Shown here piece after piece: positions 1 to 5,636 of a stretch of DNA of 5,636 nt. The notes under the pieces were generated by a model that worked only from the letters and a program-made list of their open reading frames with translations, was not told the DNA's origin and made no database searches. The DNA is from Nitrososphaerota archaeon (GTDB lineage: Archaea > Thermoproteota > Nitrososphaeria > Nitrososphaerales > UBA57): NCBI GenBank assembly GCA_013378385.1, contig JACAFS010000056.1, forward strand, positions 1 to 5,636, written 5' to 3'. The stretch's first letter is position 1; the number at the start of each line of letters is the position of its first letter. A program made the position numbers and the translations under genes.

Positions 1-584
1 AAATATGTTTTTGATTTTTTATGCCATCCAATACATAAAGGTCGAAAACCACGAGTATCTCTAAATGCGTATATTTCATTATTAGGAGTTAAGATTACAA
101 AACAATATGCTCCAACTAGTTCGTCACATAATAATTCTATTGATTTAAACCAATCGAAGTTATTTGTCTTCAAGATAGCCAATAATCTTTTACCAACTAT
201 AGATGTATCATTAATTCTTCTAGGTTTTTTACCAGTAATTTTAGTATTTACAGAAGTAAGATCACAAACAGTGCCGTTATGTGCTATGCAGAATTTTTTA
301 TTTATAGAGAAAGGTTGAGCGTTGGAAAGAGATGTACCACCTGCTGTAGAATATCTCACATGACCAATTGCAACACTACTTTTCATTTGTTGAAGAACTT
401 GAGCAGAGTGATCCAGATTATCAGTGACTAATCCATTTTGTTTGAAAGGATTCATTGTTGAAGTAGCTATGCCCCAAGCTTCTTGACCCCTATGCTGCAG
501 ACCTCGTAGGCCGATTGTTACAAGGGGGATAACGTCAGTTTTGGAATTGGAAAATGCTGCAAATAAACCACATTTTTCTTTCAT
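1..584 (-). CDS. purF: Amidophosphoribosyltransferase (glutamine-PRPP amidotransferase), N-terminal ~194 codons; 3' end lies beyond the window
   Basis: Hand translation of the minus strand from ATG 584..582 gives MKEKCGLFAAFSNSKTDVIPLVTIGLRGLQHRGQEAWGIATSTMNPFKQNGLVTDNLDHSAQVLQQMKSSVAIGHVRYSTAGGTSLSNAQPFSINKKFCIAHNGTVCDL...AFRDTRGFRPLCIGWHKK..., with no stop down to position 1. Class-II (Ntn) amidotransferase hallmarks are present: the Cys-Gly nucleophile near the N-terminus, RGQE, GHVRYST.G, QPF, HNG and RD..G.RPL. It is probably absent from the ORF track because it is open at the window edge. Its ATG overlaps the purL stop (ATGA, 584..581). Confidence 0.9.
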   Translation of the reverse strand, partial: MKEKCGLFAAFSNSKTDVIPLVTIGLRGLQHRGQEAWGIATSTMNPFKQNGLVTDNLDHSAQVLQQMKSSVAIGHVRYSTAGGTSLSNAQPFSINKKFCIAHNGTVCDLTSVNTKITGKKPRRINDTSIVGKRLLAILKTNNFDWFKSIELLCDELVGAYCFVILTPNNEIYAFRDTRGFRPLCIGWHKKSKTY

Positions 585-2791
585 ATCTGGCCATCCATAA
601 ATTTAGATAAACTATCATAGACATAAGATCGGATGTAATCAAGATCATAGGAGAATAGATTGTCATCCTTATTGTAAACTTGGAAATCATGACCGCCAAT
701 TGAACCTATTATTGAAACAGGAATGTCGTGATTTCTAGATATATTAAGTAAGTTGGTGAAATTCTCTTTTTTAATGGTGGCAATAAATCGTGAATGAGAC
801 TCAGAGAACAGCAACTCATCCCAGCGTTTACAGTTAGAAGGGATGTTAGAAAGGTCTATTGAAGCTCCCATGTCACTAATAGTGCACATTTGGAGAAGAG
901 AATGAATTAAACCGCCTTTTGAACAATCGTTGACTGCGCCAAATAATCCAACTTTAATACCATCACGAACAAGTTTTTGAGCACGTTTTTCAAGTTCGAA
1001 GTTCAATTGTGGAACAATTCCAGATTTACTATGCCCCATAGATGAATAATACTCAGATCCTCCGAGCTCGTCAAAGGTTTCGCCGACCATAACAATAAGA
1101 GGTCGAGAAGGATGAAGTTTCCTAGTCCGAAGATTATGTTCGCCTTTTATTAATCCAGCAACAGAGATTACAGGACTTGGTTTAATAGCATCGTGTGTCT
1201 TTGCGTCTTCGTTATAGAAGCTAACTTTTCCACCAACACAAGGTATTCCAATATAAGAACAGAAATCTGAAATAGATTTAATCGTTTCATTAAATGTCCA
1301 AAATACATCAGAATTACTAGGGTTTCCAAATTGTAAATGATCCAACATAGCAATAGGTTCAGCGCCAACAGATATTACATTCCTCATTGCTTCTGCAACA
1401 ACTCCTGCCGAACCATTATAAGGATCAAGATAACAATGAGATGGATTGCCGTCAACAGAAATAGCAATAAATTTTTCAGGTGCAATTCGGATTACGGATG
1501 CGCCAGATTCACCAGGTTTAACTATAGTATTAGTTCCAACTTCATGGTCATATTGCTGAAAAATCCATGATTTGTCAGCAAGGTTTGGAGAGGATAAAAC
1601 TTTCAGCAATGTTTCTTTTATGTCTACAGGCAGTTCAGGTTTAGAAACAGGTTTACTATCGAGATACTTCGGTTTAGTCTTCGGCCAGTTAATTAATGGA
1701 GCATTAGCAATGAGTTCAGTAGGTAAATCGACTATCGTATCGCCATTATTAGTAATAATTACATGTTTTGTGTCAGTAACTTTTCCAATAACAGAATACT
1801 GTAAATTGTATTTATCAAAACACTTTGAGATAGTGTCAAGATTATCAGGATTTATTATGAACAGCATTCTTTCTTGTGATTCAGAAATAAGAATTTCATA
1901 TGGTTCCATTCCAGATTCACGTAAATGGATTTTTTCAAGATCCACTTCAACTCCAGTATTACCCATATCACTAACTTCTGACAAACAACAGGCCAAACCT
2001 CCTCCTCCTAGGTCTTTGAGTCCAGAAACAAGTCCAGTACTTAGGGCATCCATTGTACCTTCTATAATTAGTTTTTTAATGAATGGATCAGGAATTTGTA
2101 CTGCTGATCTGTCGGTAGGTATGTCGTCTAAATCTTTTGATGCAAACGAGGAGCCATGGATTCCATCTCTGCCAGTACTATTTCCCAATAATACAAGAAT
2201 GTCGCCAACGTTCTTTGCTTCAGAAAAGATCAATTGTTTCTTCTTGCCCACGCCAATGGATACAACGTCCACTAGACAATTTGTATCAAAACAACTATCA
2301 AAAGAAAGCTCACCTCCAATGGTAGGGATTCCAACGCAGTTTCCGTAATCAGCAATTCCACGAACAACATTTTGGAGCAGCCAACGATTATTTGGATTAC
2401 TCAGATTACCAAATCGTAACGAGTCAAGAACTGCGATAGGTCTTGTTCCAATTGATAAAATATCACGTAAAACACCTCCTACTCCTGTAGCAGCTCCGCC
2501 ATACGGATCTATTGCAGAAGGATGATTATGACTTTCGATATGCATTGTAAGTACTTGACCATTATCTACATCCAATACACCTGCTTCATACCCTGGGCCA
2601 AATAATACTCTCTTGCCCTTAGTAGGAAGGAGTTTAAGAAGTGATTTTGATGACTTGTAGCTGCAATGTTCAGACCATTGTGCGTCAATCATGGATAGTT
2701 CAACACTGTTAGGTTTACGATTAAGGGATTTTTCAACATATATCAATTCATTTTCAGTAAGAGAATGATCTACAAATTCAGTTTTGCTCAT
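581..2791 (-). CDS. purL: Phosphoribosylformylglycinamidine (FGAM) synthase II, small-type PurL subunit (736 aa)
   Basis: Tracked ORF of 736 aa. It has typical small-PurL motifs: DAQWSEHCSYKSS, ESHNHPSAIDPYGGAATGVGGVLRDI, the glycine-rich KDLGGGGL and the duplicated AIR-synthase-like halves. It sits after purS/purQ and before purF. ATG at 2791..2789 is preceded by GAGGTG 8 nt upstream. Confidence 0.97.
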   Translation of the reverse strand: MSKTEFVDHSLTENELIYVEKSLNRKPNSVELSMIDAQWSEHCSYKSSKSLLKLLPTKGKRVLFGPGYEAGVLDVDNGQVLTMHIESHNHPSAIDPYGGAATGVGGVLRDILSIGTRPIAVLDSLRFGNLSNPNNRWLLQNVVRGIADYGNCVGIPTIGGELSFDSCFDTNCLVDVVSIGVGKKKQLIFSEAKNVGDILVLLGNSTGRDGIHGSSFASKDLDDIPTDRSAVQIPDPFIKKLIIEGTMDALSTGLVSGLKDLGGGGLACCLSEVSDMGNTGVEVDLEKIHLRESGMEPYEILISESQERMLFIINPDNLDTISKCFDKYNLQYSVIGKVTDTKHVIITNNGDTIVDLPTELIANAPLINWPKTKPKYLDSKPVSKPELPVDIKETLLKVLSSPNLADKSWIFQQYDHEVGTNTIVKPGESGASVIRIAPEKFIAISVDGNPSHCYLDPYNGSAGVVAEAMRNVISVGAEPIAMLDHLQFGNPSNSDVFWTFNETIKSISDFCSYIGIPCVGGKVSFYNEDAKTHDAIKPSPVISVAGLIKGEHNLRTRKLHPSRPLIVMVGETFDELGGSEYYSSMGHSKSGIVPQLNFELEKRAQKLVRDGIKVGLFGAVNDCSKGGLIHSLLQMCTISDMGASIDLSNIPSNCKRWDELLFSESHSRFIATIKKENFTNLLNISRNHDIPVSIIGSIGGHDFQVYNKDDNLFSYDLDYIRSYVYDSLSKFMDGQI

Positions 2792-2964
2792 GTTTTAAAC
2801 ACCTCATCTTTTATCGTCCTTAATTCAAGAGCTATCTGCTCCAAAGCCTCTGCTATCCTTATTTCATTGTTGTTACAAGATTTACAGAAATGTTCGTGAC
2901 GATGAATTATATTTTCACTCACTGAATCGATTAACTTACATGACTCGCATAAATGGTCACTCAT
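2788..2964 (-). CDS. Untracked 58-aa small protein with two CxxC pairs (zinc-ribbon/knuckle-like) and a C-terminal amphipathic helix; function unknown
   Basis: Hand translation from ATG 2964..2962 to TGA 2790..2788 gives MSDHLCESCKLIDSVSENIIHRHEHFCKSCNNNEIRIAEALEQIALELRTIKDEVFKT. The start overlaps the purQ stop as ATGA (2964..2961) and the stop overlaps the purL start as ATGA (2791..2788). An in-frame upstream stop at 2982..2980 makes this ATG the first possible start. The cysteines are C6/C9 and C27/C30, with an HRHEH cluster between them. The ORF is shorter than any ORF listed in the track (shortest is 62 aa), so it was presumably excluded on length. I do not recognise the family, so coding status rests on sequence architecture only. 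Confidence 0.6.
   Translation of the reverse strand: MSDHLCESCKLIDSVSENIIHRHEHFCKSCNNNEIRIAEALEQIALELRTIKDEVFKT
2800..2805 (-). promoter_or_regulatory. Shine-Dalgarno-like GAGGTG 8 nt upstream of the purL ATG, embedded in the last codons (D-E-V) of the small ORF
   Basis: The minus strand reads GAT GAG GTG TTT AAA ACA TGA, with the purL ATG inside ACATGA. GAGGTG matches the complement of the conserved 16S 3' tail (..CACCUCC..). Similar weaker motifs occur before purQ (GAGGA, 3685..3689, 10 nt before TTG) and before the wHTH gene (GGAG, 5145..5148, 9 nt before ATG). Whether this organism uses SD pairing is not known from the window. Confidence 0.35.
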
Positions 2965-3674
2965 TCTTTTAGCATAACCTCAAGAGATAATATCATTGAA
3001 CGAAAGATTTCAATACCGTCGTCAGTAGAATAAGGGCTAAGTAAAGAATCAGATGCACGTTCGGGATGAGGCATCATGCCAAGAACATTACCGTTTGCAT
3101 TTGATACAGCTGCAATATTTGAGATCGAACCATTAGGATTATTGTCAAGGGAAGTATTGCCATCAGAATCAGAATATCTAAGGATTATTTGGTTGTTTCT
3201 TTCAAGTTCTTGAAGTTTATCATCACTAACATAATATCGTCCTTCATTATGTGCAATAGGCATACGTATCACAGAATCAGACTGAAATGAATTAGTAAAA
3301 AGATTATTATGCTCGACTTTGAGATTCACCCATTTACAAATAAATTTGAGGTTAGAGTTAGTCAGTAATGCTCCAGGAAGTAGGCCAGATTCTACCAATA
3401 TTTGAAATCCATTACAAATACCAATAATAGGTTTGCCTTTAAGAGAAAGTCTTTTGAGTTGTTTAATGACAGGACTATATGCAGCGATAATTCCTGCACG
3501 TAAACGATCGCCATATGAAAAACCACCAGGAAGAATTATTGCATCGTATTTTTCAAGATTATCAGTATTTTCGTGCCAAAACAAAGTAGCATCAACTTCA
3601 AGATGATCATTAAAAACACGATATGTATCAATATCGCAATTAGTTCCAGGAAATTGAATTATAGCTACATTCAA
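2961..3674 (-). CDS. purQ: FGAM synthase I, glutamine amidotransferase subunit PurQ (237 aa), TTG start
   Basis: Tracked ORF. The N-terminus is NVAIIQFPGTNCD. The class-I GATase triad context is present: GICNGFQIL (nucleophile Cys) and MMPHPER (His/Glu). The start codon at 3674..3672 is TTG. The frame opens only at 3725 (stop at 3728..3726) and has no ATG or GTG before the conserved N-terminus. Confidence 0.95.
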   Translation of the reverse strand: MNVAIIQFPGTNCDIDTYRVFNDHLEVDATLFWHENTDNLEKYDAIILPGGFSYGDRLRAGIIAAYSPVIKQLKRLSLKGKPIIGICNGFQILVESGLLPGALLTNSNLKFICKWVNLKVEHNNLFTNSFQSDSVIRMPIAHNEGRYYVSDDKLQELERNNQIILRYSDSDGNTSLDNNPNGSISNIAAVSNANGNVLGMMPHPERASDSLLSPYSTDDGIEIFRSMILSLEVMLKE

Positions 3675-3675
3675 G

Positions 3676-3942
3676 TCATTCAGTTCCTCGAATTGTACAA
3701 GAACTAACCAAAGGGTTGTAAAGTCTCAATTCATCACAAATAATAGCAGCTTTATTTTTAGCGTCGTCAAGATCATCTGCTTTAACAATTAATTGAATTA
3801 CTTTAGACACACTAACTGAAGTTACATAATCAAAATTATTACGTAATAATAAATCTTGTAAAATTGTATCTCCTTCCGGATTACGAAGTTCGGGTTTAGG
3901 TGATATTAGCAAGTCAATTTTGAACTCAGAGACCGTGGTCAC
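3676..3942 (-). CDS. purS: FGAM synthase PurS subunit (88 aa), GTG start
   Basis: Tracked ORF of PurS size, placed directly upstream of purQ. It has the typical PurS pattern: a beta-strand start (FKIDLLISPKPELRNPEG, compare the K.gv.DP.G motif). The start at 3942..3940 is GTG. The protein has no internal Met, and the frame is closed by TAG at 3984..3982 with no ATG/GTG/TTG in between. Confidence 0.88.
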   Translation of the reverse strand: MTTVSEFKIDLLISPKPELRNPEGDTILQDLLLRNNFDYVTSVSVSKVIQLIVKADDLDDAKNKAAIICDELRLYNPLVSSCTIRGTE

Positions 3943-3972
3943 TTTACCCCAATAGAAATGTGGGATTAATCT

Positions 3973-3980
3973 AATATATA
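3973..3980 (-). promoter_or_regulatory. TATA-box-like element (TATATATT on the minus strand), candidate archaeal promoter for purS-purQ-smallORF-purL-purF
   Basis: It lies in the only real noncoding gap in the window (3943..3997, 55 nt), 31-38 nt upstream of the purS GTG. With the usual archaeal TATA-to-TSS spacing (~ -26/-27) the transcript would be leaderless or have a very short leader. No convincing BRE is seen, and AT-rich background makes chance TATA-like strings common. Confidence 0.4.
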
Positions 3981-3997
3981 CCTAGTGGCAGGAAGAA

Positions 3998-4837
3998 TCA
4001 ATTTTCTAAAGAATAAATTTTATTTATATTATATTCGTCATCAAAAGTTTCGTCTATTGGAGTTTCAAGAATCAAAGGCAATTGTTTAATTGTTGAGTTT
4101 TTCAGAAGTTCCCGGAAACCATTTTCGCCGATAAATCCTCTGCCAATGTGCTGATGTCTATCCAATCCATTGCCCAATTCACCTTTTGAATCATTTAAGT
4201 GAACAACTTTAAGATATTTTAGGCCAATTATCTGATTAAATTTTTTGAGTGTGTCAATAACAGATTTACTTGTAGAAAGGTCATAACCAGCGGCAAAAGC
4301 ATGGCATGTATCAAAACAGAATCCAATACGAGATTTATCATTAACATTATCAAAAATATATTTTAATTCGTCGAATTTAGATCCAACGTTATTTTTTGTA
4401 CCGGCAGTATTTTCTAAGATAATCATAGTATTATTTGAAGAATTAGAAAGTGCGGCATTACAAGCTTTTACTACACGATCAAGGCCTTTTTCTAAACCTG
4501 TACCAAGATGACTTCCAATATGTGTAACAACATATTCGATTCCAAGCGTGTTACAGCGTTCAAGTTCAGAACTTAGAGCATTTATCGACATATTATGAAC
4601 GTCTTCTTTGGGCGAAGAGAGATTGGGTAAATAAGGCATGTGACAGACTACTGTGGAAATATTTTCAGATAATATTTTATTTTTGAAATTGACTATGTTC
4701 GATTCCTTAAGATCGGAAAATTTCCAACCTCGAGGATTTCTTGTAAATATTTGAAAAGTATTAAGGCCAAGAGATCTTGCTCGGTCGATTGATAAATCTA
4801 TAGAACCTGCAATAGATACATGAACGCCAAGTTTCAT
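3998..4837 (-). CDS. nfo: Endonuclease IV (AP endonuclease family 2, TIM-barrel, trinuclear-Zn DNA repair enzyme), 279 aa
   Basis: Tracked ORF. The metal-ligand and signature blocks of the Nfo family are present in order: GVHVS, FQIFTRNPRGW, CHMPYLPNLSSP, VTHIGSH, ILENTAG, CFDTCHAFAAGYD, VHLNDSK, DRHQHIG.G.IG, ILETP. ATG at 4837..4835. Confidence 0.93.
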   Translation of the reverse strand: MKLGVHVSIAGSIDLSIDRARSLGLNTFQIFTRNPRGWKFSDLKESNIVNFKNKILSENISTVVCHMPYLPNLSSPKEDVHNMSINALSSELERCNTLGIEYVVTHIGSHLGTGLEKGLDRVVKACNAALSNSSNNTMIILENTAGTKNNVGSKFDELKYIFDNVNDKSRIGFCFDTCHAFAAGYDLSTSKSVIDTLKKFNQIIGLKYLKVVHLNDSKGELGNGLDRHQHIGRGFIGENGFRELLKNSTIKQLPLILETPIDETFDDEYNINKIYSLEN

Positions 4838-4847
4838 TTATAATATT

Positions 4848-5135
4848 TTATAATTTCATTCCAAAGCTTTCTGCGAAATCTGCGAAATCAGAGTGAGATC
4901 GTAGATATTCAATTCCTTTATGGCTTAGGACGTATCTTTGATTATTGTCTATTGTAACTTGTTCAACTAAACCAGAATCAACTAAACGTGTAATAATTTT
5001 TGTAGCTCGGCCATAGGAAAGATTTGCTTTTTGAATTATTCTAGTAATTCCTAATCCAGATTCTCCGTCACTACCATCATTAATTGATGATAATACATCC
5101 GCTACAATTTTAACTTGAGTTCTATATACCGACAT
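4848..5135 (-). CDS. Small winged helix-turn-helix DNA-binding protein (archaeal COG3432 / HTH_45-like putative transcriptional regulator), 95 aa
   Basis: Tracked ORF. The pattern R..V.I.ADVL....(insert)..G.T.I..KANLSY......I..L...GLVE.......YVLS.KG.EYL matches my recollection of the archaeal wHTH family, where typical members read R...EI..dIL.....kT.Im..anLsy.....Yl..L...gLi......Y.iTekG...L. The ATG at 5135..5133 overlaps the upstream membrane gene by 14 nt and is preceded by GGAG. Confidence 0.72.
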   Translation of the reverse strand: MSVYRTQVKIVADVLSSINDGSDGESGLGITRIIQKANLSYGRATKIITRLVDSGLVEQVTIDNNQRYVLSHKGIEYLRSHSDFADFAESFGMKL

Positions 5136-5613
5136 TATTTTCTTCTCCTTTGTATGTGTTAAAACTACTTACTGGCGTATAAAGCATTATGAATCCAATT
5201 AATTTGACTAAAATGGAAGATATCATTAACGGACTTAACCCGGAGTAAAATAAGGCCAGCCACCTTATAAATTCACCGGCAGCTAATGAAGAGAATCCAA
5301 GGAACATAAAAAGAATTGGGCGTTTTTTTGACTCTAAATAAGATAAGAAAGTTTCAAATGAGCCATAAAGAAGAAAAACAAATGAAATTGACTTCAGAAT
5401 AGACAATACAGATATGGTAGTTAGAAATCCAAATGCGGCAGGAACTAGTGCTGATTTTTGATATGATTTGATTCCATGGCCCAATGCTAGAATAAAGTAT
5501 CCCAATAGTTCAAATGATGCAGCGATTATAAGAAACAGAGAAGTCAGAGCTATAGAGATTCCAAGAAGTTCGAGACGGAATTGAAGTAAATCGTATTTGA
5601 AAGTAAGATACAT
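5122..5613 (-). CDS. Hypothetical integral membrane protein (163 aa, roughly 4-6 hydrophobic helices), no recognised family
   Basis: Tracked ORF with ATG at 5613..5611. Hydrophobic helix-length segments are at about residues 14-34, 36-48, 54-73, 75-93, 99-116 and 118-145, separated by short polar or basic loops (KSYQK, ESKKRP), with a polar acidic tail (YKGEENNVGI). Composition and periodicity look coding. No catalytic motif was recognised. Confidence 0.6.
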   Translation of the reverse strand: MYLTFKYDLLQFRLELLGISIALTSLFLIIAASFELLGYFILALGHGIKSYQKSALVPAAFGFLTTISVLSILKSISFVFLLYGSFETFLSYLESKKRPILFMFLGFSSLAAGEFIRWLALFYSGLSPLMISSILVKLIGFIMLYTPVSSFNTYKGEENNVGI

Positions 5614-5636
5614 AAATTTAGGAAATATGTATGTAA

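Noticed and set aside
1168-1368. 66-aa minus-strand ORF in an alternative frame inside purL
   Set aside because: It is out of frame and embedded in a conserved part of purL. Its sequence is hydrophobic and low-complexity with no motif or start signal, as expected for a chance open frame.
1990-2004. The cctcctcctcc run (GGAGGAGGAGG on the minus strand) as an internal ribosome-binding or repeat element
   Set aside because: It encodes the conserved glycine-rich KDLGGGGL loop of PurL (GGA/GGT codons). It is explained by protein sequence, and no downstream in-frame start is associated with it.
1572-2348. 258-aa plus-strand ORF antisense to purL, with the nested 62-aa ORF at 2137..2325 and the 77-aa ORF at 1337..1570
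   Set aside because: These lie entirely inside the strongly supported purL gene on the opposite strand. Their translations are low-complexity (Ser/Pro/Phe-rich) with no recognisable motif. The 258-aa frame shares third-codon positions with purL, so stops can only arise from specific Tyr/His/Gln contexts and a long open shadow frame is unsurprising. There is no promoter or start context. A 258-codon antisense frame is fairly long for AT-rich DNA, so strand-specific RNA-seq or Ribo-seq could be checked, but I see no positive evidence.
2792-2960. The purQ-purL gap as a cis-regulatory RNA (for example a purine-sensing leader or riboswitch) or an internal promoter
   Set aside because: I found no extended stem-loop architecture or conserved riboswitch core. 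The region is open in exactly one frame, bounded to the nucleotide by ATGA overlaps, and encodes paired CxxC motifs, so a coding explanation fits better.
3946-3964. Small inverted repeat CCCA-N9-TGGG in the purS upstream region as a hairpin or terminator
   Set aside because: The stem is only 4 bp with a 9-nt loop and there is no flanking T-run. That is too weak to distinguish from chance.
4838-4870. AT-rich TTATAAAATATTATAA immediately upstream of the nfo ATG as an independent TATA promoter
   Set aside because: The TATA-like string lies only ~1-20 nt from the ATG, too close for normal archaeal TATA-to-TSS spacing even for a leaderless mRNA. It partly comprises the wHTH stop codon region, and such strings are common at this base composition.
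1-5636. Mobile elements, CRISPR repeats, tRNA/rRNA genes, defence-island signatures
   Set aside because: I saw no terminal inverted repeats, no regularly spaced direct repeats, no cloverleaf-capable GC-rich segments and no integrase, transposase or nuclease-type ORFs. The window is saturated by housekeeping genes on one strand.

Overview
AT-rich window, about one-third G+C by eye. It is fully packed with eight co-directional minus-strand genes and has no RNA genes, CRISPR arrays or mobile elements that I can see. Reading 5'->3' on the minus strand: a multi-pass membrane protein (5613..5122); a small winged-helix regulator (5135..4848); endonuclease IV, nfo (4837..3998); a 55-nt spacer with a TATA-like box; then the purine block purS (3942..3676), purQ (3674..2961), an untracked 58-aa ORF (2964..2788), purL (2791..581) and the 5' part of purF (584..1, runs off the window). 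Two coding regions are missing from the supplied ORF track and were recovered by hand translation. One is the edge-truncated purF. The other is a 58-codon CxxC...CxxC zinc-ribbon-like ORF that exactly fills the purQ-purL gap and has ATGA start/stop overlaps at both ends. That micro-ORF, embedded in the otherwise canonical purS-purQ-purL-purF block, is the most interesting candidate here. It could be an undescribed small metal-binding partner or regulator of the three-subunit FGAM synthase. Split PurS/PurQ/small-PurL, an archaeal-type wHTH (COG3432/HTH_45-like), a TATA-like promoter and the base composition suggest an AT-rich archaeon, possibly Nitrosopumilus-like; this is inference only. The plus-strand and out-of-frame ORFs inside purL are shadow ORFs.
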